Below are positions 58,278 to 64,000 of a stretch of DNA of 64,000 nucleotides, piece after piece. The stretch covers positions 12,972 to 76,971 of the forward strand of contig JAQCKF010000010.1 in assembly GCA_027592275.1 (NCBI GenBank). Reading direction: 5' to 3'. Within the stretch, counting starts at the first letter, position 1. Each line of letters opens with the position of its first letter. Both the position numbers and the translations under genes were made by a program. The stretch comes from Pseudomonadota bacterium (lineage in GTDB: Bacteria; Pseudomonadota; Gammaproteobacteria; Pseudomonadales; Pseudohongiellaceae). Below the pieces are notes generated by a model. That model saw only the letters and a program-made list of their open reading frames with translations, had not been told where the DNA came from and did no database searches.

Positions 58278-58414
58278 AAAGTTTATGTTGCTGTTAGTAG
58301 GTCAAAAATTGTCGCTGTGTAGGCACATCACTTGATGTGAATAGCGACTGCGTGCGGCATCACTTACACTTAGCCTGCATCAGCCTCGACACGGGAAAAT
58401 AAAAGGAATTATTC

Positions 58415-59182
58415 ATGCGTATAATGACATTTAATTGCAACGGCATTCGCGCTGCAGCGAGAAAGGGGTTCTTCGATTGGTTGCCTGACGCAGATGTTGA
58501 TGTGGTTTGCCTGCAGGAAACTAAGGCGCAGGTCGAGCAACTGAGCGATCCTGTGTTTCACCCTGAAGGCTATCACTGTCATTACTTCGATGCAGTGAAG
58601 AAAGGCTATTCGGGCACGGCATTGTATTCGCGCATAAAGCCGAAAAAAGTAAAGAAGGGCTTAGGATTTGAGTTGGCTGATACAGAAGGGCGCTATATCC
58701 AAGCAGACTACGACGGATTGAGCATTGCCTCGCTCTACTTGCCGTCCGGATCGAGTGGGGATGAGCGGCAGGCTAGGAAAATCAGCTTCATGGATGACTT
58801 TATGAAACACATGAAAAAGCTGAGTAAGAGCAAGCGAGAAGTTATTGTCTGTGCAGATTGGAACATTTGTCACAAGGAAATAGATCTAAAAAACTGGCGG
58901 CCAAATAGGAAAAACTCCGGATTCTTGCCCGAAGAGCGTGAGTGGCTTGATGTTCTCTATGACGAGGTGGGTTATGTCGATGCTTTCCGGCGTGTGAACG
59001 AGGAGGCTGATCAATACTCTTGGTGGTCTAACCGGGGCCAGGCGCGCGCCAACAATGTGGGGTGGCGACTTGATTACCAAGTTGTTACCGAGGGCATCGC
59101 GAAGAAAGCCAAGTCGGGGGAAATCTACACGGCACAAAACTTCTCGGATCATGCGCCAGTTATTCTTGATTACGCCGATTAG
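58415..59182 (+). CDS. xthA: exodeoxyribonuclease III
   Basis: MRIMTFNCNGIRAA...VVCLQETK and a C-terminal SDHAP motif. Confidence 0.95.
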   Translation: MRIMTFNCNGIRAAARKGFFDWLPDADVDVVCLQETKAQVEQLSDPVFHPEGYHCHYFDAVKKGYSGTALYSRIKPKKVKKGLGFELADTEGRYIQADYDGLSIASLYLPSGSSGDERQARKISFMDDFMKHMKKLSKSKREVIVCADWNICHKEIDLKNWRPNRKNSGFLPEEREWLDVLYDEVGYVDAFRRVNEEADQYSWWSNRGQARANNVGWRLDYQVVTEGIAKKAKSGEIYTAQNFSDHAPVILDYAD

Positions 59183-59239
59183 ATTGAACAGAATCGGAAG
59201 TTGGTTTCAATGCTTATATATCTGGCAAACGGATAAAAA

Positions 59240-59854
59240 ATGATGCGAAATACTTCTTATACAAAATGCTTTAGATACGCTCTCAATCTGATGCTGGCTC
59301 TCGTGTTTTCAGTTATAAGCGTCAGCGCAGTAGCACAACCCTTGCGAGCGATTATAGAAACCTCAAAAGGTGAGATAGTCGTTCAGCTAAACGAGAGGGC
59401 GGCGCCCACAACGGTTGCTAACTTTGCGAATCTGGCGATGCGCGGCTTCTACGATGGGTTGACGTTCCACCGCGTTGAAAGAAATTTCATGGTGCAGGGC
59501 GGCGACCCCTTAGGTAATGGCACTGGTGATGCTGGCTATAAATTTTCTGGAGAGATCGTGCTGCATCACAACCAACCGGGCATTATTTCAATGGCCAACT
59601 CGGGGCCAGGCACAGACGGCAGTCAATTTTTTCTTACACACTTGGCGACACCTCATCTAAATGGAAAGCATTCCGTTTTCGGCAAAGTGTTAAGCGGGAT
59701 GCCCGTTGTTAACCAGCTTGGGCGTCGAGATACGATCAGCAGCATCGTGATTGAGGGTGATCTGAGCTCATTGTTCGAGAGCAAAAAAGCACTTCTAGAT
59801 GAGTGGAATGTAATACTAGATACGAATTTTCCAGACTTGAGGCCTGCGCTATAG
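59240..59854 (+). CDS. ppiA: periplasmic peptidyl-prolyl isomerase (cyclophilin)
   Basis: Signal peptide, then [15 protein letters not shown] and [14 protein letters not shown]. Confidence 0.9.
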   Translation: MMRNTSYTKCFRYALNLMLALVFSVISVSAVAQPLRAIIETSKGEIVVQLNERAAPTTVANFANLAMRGFYDGLTFHRVERNFMVQGGDPLGNGTGDAGYKFSGEIVLHHNQPGIISMANSGPGTDGSQFFLTHLATPHLNGKHSVFGKVLSGMPVVNQLGRRDTISSIVIEGDLSSLFESKKALLDEWNVILDTNFPDLRPAL

Positions 59855-59904
59855 CTCGTTGTGAATCGATCGTAAATAGTTGGTTAGCAAAGGATTAAGC
59901 AGGC

Positions 59905-60201
59905 TTAAAGTACGCGTTTAAATGGCTTAACAACGACGCGTTGATAGACGCCTGCTGCCACGTAGGGATCTGCATCTGCCCAAGCTTGGGCTTGTTCTAG
60001 GCTATCAAATTCTGCAATGACGAGACTGCCGCTAAATCCTGCCTCACCTGGCTCGGAAGAATCTATTGCTGGGTGCGGGCCTGCTATTAATAGCCGGTCC
60101 TGCGCTGCGAGATTGTTCAGTCGGTCAAGATGCGCGGGGCGTACCGTCTTTCTTTTCTCAAGGCTATCGACAACGTCTTCACTCATGATCGCGTAGTGCA
60201 T
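59905..60201 (-). CDS. yciI: YciI family protein
   Basis: 98 aa. RPAHLDRL...GPHP pattern and position next to yciB. Confidence 0.85.
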   Translation of the reverse strand: MHYAIMSEDVVDSLEKRKTVRPAHLDRLNNLAAQDRLLIAGPHPAIDSSEPGEAGFSGSLVIAEFDSLEQAQAWADADPYVAAGVYQRVVVKPFKRVL

Positions 60202-60210
60202 ATTTCCTTC

Positions 60211-60810
60211 CTAAACCGAATCTTCGTTGGCTGCTTCGTCTTCCACTTCTATATACTTTGCTAGAATTGGCATTTGCACGAAGACGAAACCGAAGGTGAG
60301 TATTAAATTACCGAACACTTTGAATTTTATCCAGAGCTCTTCGCTTAGGGTGAACGCAACAATCAAGTTGATCGCGCCGAGTACAATAAAATAGAAGACC
60401 CACATAGTATTCAGCTTGTACCAAACTTCTTTGGGCGCAGTGACCGCATTTCCCATCATATGTTCTATGGCTGGTTTGTCACCGAAGTACCTGGAAGCTA
60501 CAAATATTGAAGCGAAAATCCAGTTTACGATAGGTGCTTTCCACTTTAGGAAAACGATGTTCTTAAATATGATAGTGGGGATGCAGAAAAGAATGACAGC
60601 AGCCAAGGTGATCCATTGGAATTTATCTAATCTTTTTTGGTAGACAAACAGGGATCCATATACCAATACCGAGGCGGCGAGCAAAAACTCCGCTGCGCTG
60701 AACATGCCACCGAAGGTGTGGTCATAACCAGCGACATTGATTACGCGTTCGTCCATTGCCCAAACGCTGAAAAACACCAGCAGGGGAATGTAGTCAATAA
60801 ATTGTTTCAT
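60211..60810 (-). CDS. yciB: intracellular septation protein A
   Basis: MKQFIDYIPLLVFF N-terminus with five TM segments. Confidence 0.9.
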   Translation of the reverse strand: MKQFIDYIPLLVFFSVWAMDERVINVAGYDHTFGGMFSAAEFLLAASVLVYGSLFVYQKRLDKFQWITLAAVILFCIPTIIFKNIVFLKWKAPIVNWIFASIFVASRYFGDKPAIEHMMGNAVTAPKEVWYKLNTMWVFYFIVLGAINLIVAFTLSEELWIKFKVFGNLILTFGFVFVQMPILAKYIEVEDEAANEDSV

Positions 60811-60954
60811 TCACAAAAATCTCTAAAAAACCAATCGCGCCATGGTAATCGATTTGCAGAAAGGTGTCTGCTTTTGTAGGTCAATGTAATAGAATCAGCT
60901 TTTTTTTGCAGAACTGTACCGTCTCAGCGTTTTGGCTATTGGGCAAGTGAGTAC

Positions 60955-61575
60955 ATGAGCGATTTTTTGCAGGTACATCCTTCCGACCCGGAAGATCGAA
61001 ATATCAAGCAGATTGCGAATGTCTTGCTTGCGGGTGGCGTCATTGTCTACCCTACAGATTCCACCTACGCACTGGGTTGTCACATAGGTGACAAGGGCGC
61101 CTTGGATCGTATTCGCCGCATTAGACAGCTCGGGGATAAGCATAATTTCACCCTTGTTTGTAAGGACCTGTCGTCCTTGGCGAGCTATGCGCAGGTACAT
61201 AATAGTGCTTATAGGATATTGAAGGCATATACGCCCGGTCCCTATACTTTCATCCTTAAGGCGACGCCAGAGGTTCCAAGAAGGCTGCTGCATCCGAAAA
61301 AGAAAACCATCGGTTTGCGGGTGCCTGATAATGCGATAGCTCAGGCCATTTTAGGAAAAATGGGAGAGCCGATCATGAGCACGAGCTTAATCCTCCCAGG
61401 TGAGGACGAGCGCCTCGTAGATCCTTATGATATGAGGCTGAAGATTGGGAAGCTCGTGGATTTAATCGTAGACGGTGGCGTCTGTGGCGCAGAGGCTACC
61501 ACGATGGTCGATTTGGTCGACGGTGTTCCCGTGGTCATTCGTGAAGGAAAAGGTGACTCAGAACCTTTTCGATAG
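60955..61575 (+). CDS. yciO: L-threonylcarbamoyladenylate synthase-like protein YciO
   Basis: Colinear with E. coli YciO: GGVIVYPTDSTYALGC, HNFTLVC, PGPYTFILK, KKTIGLRVP. Confidence 0.88.
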   Translation: MSDFLQVHPSDPEDRNIKQIANVLLAGGVIVYPTDSTYALGCHIGDKGALDRIRRIRQLGDKHNFTLVCKDLSSLASYAQVHNSAYRILKAYTPGPYTFILKATPEVPRRLLHPKKKTIGLRVPDNAIAQAILGKMGEPIMSTSLILPGEDERLVDPYDMRLKIGKLVDLIVDGGVCGAEATTMVDLVDGVPVVIREGKGDSEPFR

Positions 61576-61655
61576 AGATCGCATTGCAGGTTATAATCAC
61601 CCTCTAGTTAGCACTAACAGTTTACAGACTAAATTACACATTACAGGAGAGCGAA

Positions 61656-62870
61656 TTGTCCAAGGTGGATTCACAACAGCGAGTATTGTCGGGCATGCGA
61701 CCCACGGGGCGCCTACATCTTGGGCATATGCACGGGGTGCTCAATAACTGGGTAAAGCTGCAGCATGAATATGAGTGCTTCTTCTTCGTCGCTGACTGGC
61801 ATGCGTTGACCACCCATTACGGTGACTCGCTGTCACTAGGGCAGCATGTAATCGATATGGTAATTGACTGGCTGGCAGTGGGGGTGAACCCAGGGTCTGC
61901 AGCTCTATTCGTCCAATCTCGCGTGCCTGAGCATGCCGAATTGCATTTGTTGCTCTCGATGATCACACCGCTTGGTTGGCTAGAGCGTGTCCCCAGTTAC
62001 AAAGACCAGCAAGACAAGCTGCAAGATAAGGATTTGGCCACCTATGGCTTCCTCGGTTACCCCTTATTACAGGCTGCCGATATTCTGATTTACCGCGCGG
62101 GCTATGTGCCTGTAGGTGCGGACCAGGTTGCTCACGTAGAACTTACTCGCGAAACTGCCAGAAGATTCAATCATATCTATGGACGCGAGCCAGGTTTTGA
62201 AGAGAATGCTATGGCGGCAATCAAGAAGATGGGCAAGAAGACTGCGAAGCAATACAGCAATCTGCGAACTGCCTATCAGGAGCAGGGCGATCACGAGGCA
62301 CTCGAAAAGGCGAAAGCTCTGCTCAAGGAGCAGCAAAATATCTCTATCGGCGATTCGGAGAGGCTATTCGGTTATCTCGAGGGCAGTGGCAAGATGATAT
62401 TGGCCGAACCGCAAGCGTTGCTTACTAAATTCGCGAAAATGCCCGGTCTCGATGGCCAGAAGATGTCGAAGTCTTATGACAACACAATTACTTTGCGGGA
62501 GCCGTTAGATCAGGTGGAGAAGAAGATATCAAGGATGCCGACTGATCCCGCCCGTGTTCGCCTGACAGATCCAGGAAATCCAGAGAAATGCCCTGTATGG
62601 CAATTGCACCAAACCTATTCCAGTGAGCAGACAAAGGAGTGGGTTGTCGATGGTTGCACCAGTGCAGGAATAGGCTGTCTTGAATGCAAGAAGCCCGTCA
62701 GCGATGCGATTATCGCGGAATTGGAGCCGATCCAAAAAGAGGCGGCTCAATATGAAAAGGACCCCGATATTGTGAGGTCTATCATTGCCGAGGGTTGTGA
62801 GACGGCGAGAGAGGCGGCTAAGGAAACGCTGCAGGATGTTCGTGATGCAATGGGCCTCGGGAGATGGTAA
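61656..62870 (+). CDS. trpS: tryptophan--tRNA ligase (long form with insertion and Cys4 motif)
   Basis: HLGH (GRLHLGHMHG) and KMSKS. TTG start. About 60-aa insertion. C-x21-C-x6-C-x2-C motif at 62589-62687. Confidence 0.95.
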   Translation: MSKVDSQQRVLSGMRPTGRLHLGHMHGVLNNWVKLQHEYECFFFVADWHALTTHYGDSLSLGQHVIDMVIDWLAVGVNPGSAALFVQSRVPEHAELHLLLSMITPLGWLERVPSYKDQQDKLQDKDLATYGFLGYPLLQAADILIYRAGYVPVGADQVAHVELTRETARRFNHIYGREPGFEENAMAAIKKMGKKTAKQYSNLRTAYQEQGDHEALEKAKALLKEQQNISIGDSERLFGYLEGSGKMILAEPQALLTKFAKMPGLDGQKMSKSYDNTITLREPLDQVEKKISRMPTDPARVRLTDPGNPEKCPVWQLHQTYSSEQTKEWVVDGCTSAGIGCLECKKPVSDAIIAELEPIQKEAAQYEKDPDIVRSIIAEGCETAREAAKETLQDVRDAMGLGRW

Positions 62871-62963
62871 TTGATTTGGAAACTAGAGGCCGTTCAGGTG
62901 GGCATTTACCACCTATATGAGGTAAAATTCATTCATTATAAGAACTCAAAGTAGACCAGCAGA

Positions 62964-63833
62964 TTGACCACTATCGGCACCGAAGCAGATCCGGAAAACA
63001 CTGAGCTACAGGGGCTTCCCGCAATCCCCGAAGTGCATGACCCCGACGCTTCTCCGCAGCAAGAGCTGCCCTTCGCAATAGTGGCCGGCGAGGCCATGAT
63101 GCAGGTCCCCAAAGATCTGTATATTCCACCCGATGCCTTAGAAATATTCCTCGAGGCCTTCGAGGGCCCGCTAGATTTATTGCTCTACCTCATCAGGCGA
63201 CAGAACATCGATATTCTCGATATCAATGTTGCCGATATTACTGATCAATACATGAACTATGTCGACCTAATGGAAAGTTGGCAGTTTGAGTTGGCTGCAG
63301 AGTATTTGGTTATGGCAGCGATGCTCGCTGAAATCAAATCGAGGTTATTGCTGCCCAGACAGATAGAGGAAGAAGCGGAAGAAGGCGATCCTCGTATGGA
63401 GCTTATCCGTCGCCTGCAAGAATATGAGCGTTTCAAGAAGGCAGCTCATGACGTCGATGATTTACCACGCATGGATAGAGACATCCATCGCGCCGGGGCC
63501 GCATTGCCCGAGATCGAGCGCATAACCGCCGATCCAACAGTGGACCTGAAGGAAGTGTTGATCGCGCTCTCTAACGTACTCAAGCGCGAGAATAATTTCG
63601 GTCACCATCACGTGCAAATGGAGACGCTTTCGACACGTGAGAAGATGTCAGAGATATTAGTCCGTATATCAAATCAGAAGTTTGTGCCGATGGTATCGCT
63701 GTTAATACGCGAAGAAGGCAGGCTAGGGGTGGTCGTGACATTTCTAGCTATAATGGAGCTGATCAAAGACTCCATGATCGAAATAGTACAGTCGGAATCC
63801 TTCGGCCCAATTCATATAAAATCCAGAAGCTAA
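62964..63833 (+). CDS. scpA: segregation and condensation protein A
   Basis: LYIPPDALEIFLEAFEGPLDLLLYLIRRQNIDILDI. The TTG start is uncertain. Confidence 0.9.
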   Translation: MTTIGTEADPENTELQGLPAIPEVHDPDASPQQELPFAIVAGEAMMQVPKDLYIPPDALEIFLEAFEGPLDLLLYLIRRQNIDILDINVADITDQYMNYVDLMESWQFELAAEYLVMAAMLAEIKSRLLLPRQIEEEAEEGDPRMELIRRLQEYERFKKAAHDVDDLPRMDRDIHRAGAALPEIERITADPTVDLKEVLIALSNVLKRENNFGHHHVQMETLSTREKMSEILVRISNQKFVPMVSLLIREEGRLGVVVTFLAIMELIKDSMIEIVQSESFGPIHIKSRS

Positions 63834-63851
63834 TACCGGTAAGCGCGCAGC

Positions 63852-64000
63852 ATGAGTGACGTTGATAACAAAGTAAAAATGATCGTGGAAGGCTTGCTGC
63901 TTGCAGCTGGCCGGCCTCTCACCTTGGATAATATTATTCAGGTGTTTAGTAAAGATGAGCAGCCAGACCGTCAAGAGCTGACGCTGGTAATGGATAGTAT
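63852..64000 (+). CDS. scpB: segregation and condensation protein B (N-terminal fragment, continues beyond window)
   Basis: Not in ORF track because it runs off the window edge. ATG 63852 gives MSDVDNKVKMIVEGLLLAAGRPLTLDNIIQVF..., typical of the ScpB N-terminus, directly after scpA. Confidence 0.8.
   Translation, partial: MSDVDNKVKMIVEGLLLAAGRPLTLDNIIQVFSKDEQPDRQELTLVMDS

Noticed and set aside
60895-61293. 132-aa minus-strand ORF
   Set aside because: It is entirely antisense to the strongly supported yciO gene and has no recognisable features.

Overview
This is a mostly housekeeping chromosomal segment of a gammaproteobacterium. Local gene order resembles Pseudomonadales or Cellvibrionales genomes (rnfABCD-E-nth, metG/dcd, fliA next to ccmABCDEFGHI, nrdAB, yciI-yciB/yciO-trpS-scpAB), but the taxon is inference only. 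About 60 protein genes are supportable from recognisable motifs. Four are not in the supplied ORF track: a 54-aa rubredoxin, a 37-aa membrane peptide, a 43-aa ORF upstream of grxD and an edge-truncated membrane protein. I saw no rRNA, tRNA, CRISPR array, transposase, integrase or phage gene. I also found no convincing multi-gene novel system, and nothing resembles a defence island. The notable signals fall into three groups. (1) Gene decay or rearrangement: pilU is frameshifted in a C4 run and has no pilT beside it; fliA is an orphan abutting the ccm operon; the rnf operon lacks rnfG; hyuB has no hyuA. (2) Unexplained non-coding structure: six to seven consecutive stem-loops between pyrC and argG; related TGAGTA-type tandem repeats about 170 nt from each end of argF; three tandem 16-bp units in the nrdA leader; a TCGTGCACCA...TGGTGCACGA palindrome family near argF and argG; two orphan promoter-plus-terminator pairs that are sRNA or attenuator candidates. 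(3) A strongly SD-led 37-aa hydrophobic peptide gene whose upstream region carries paired GTAACA direct repeats. All protein calls rest on motif recognition by eye, because no database search was possible. Several start codons were moved from the ORF-track maximum to better-supported internal starts.
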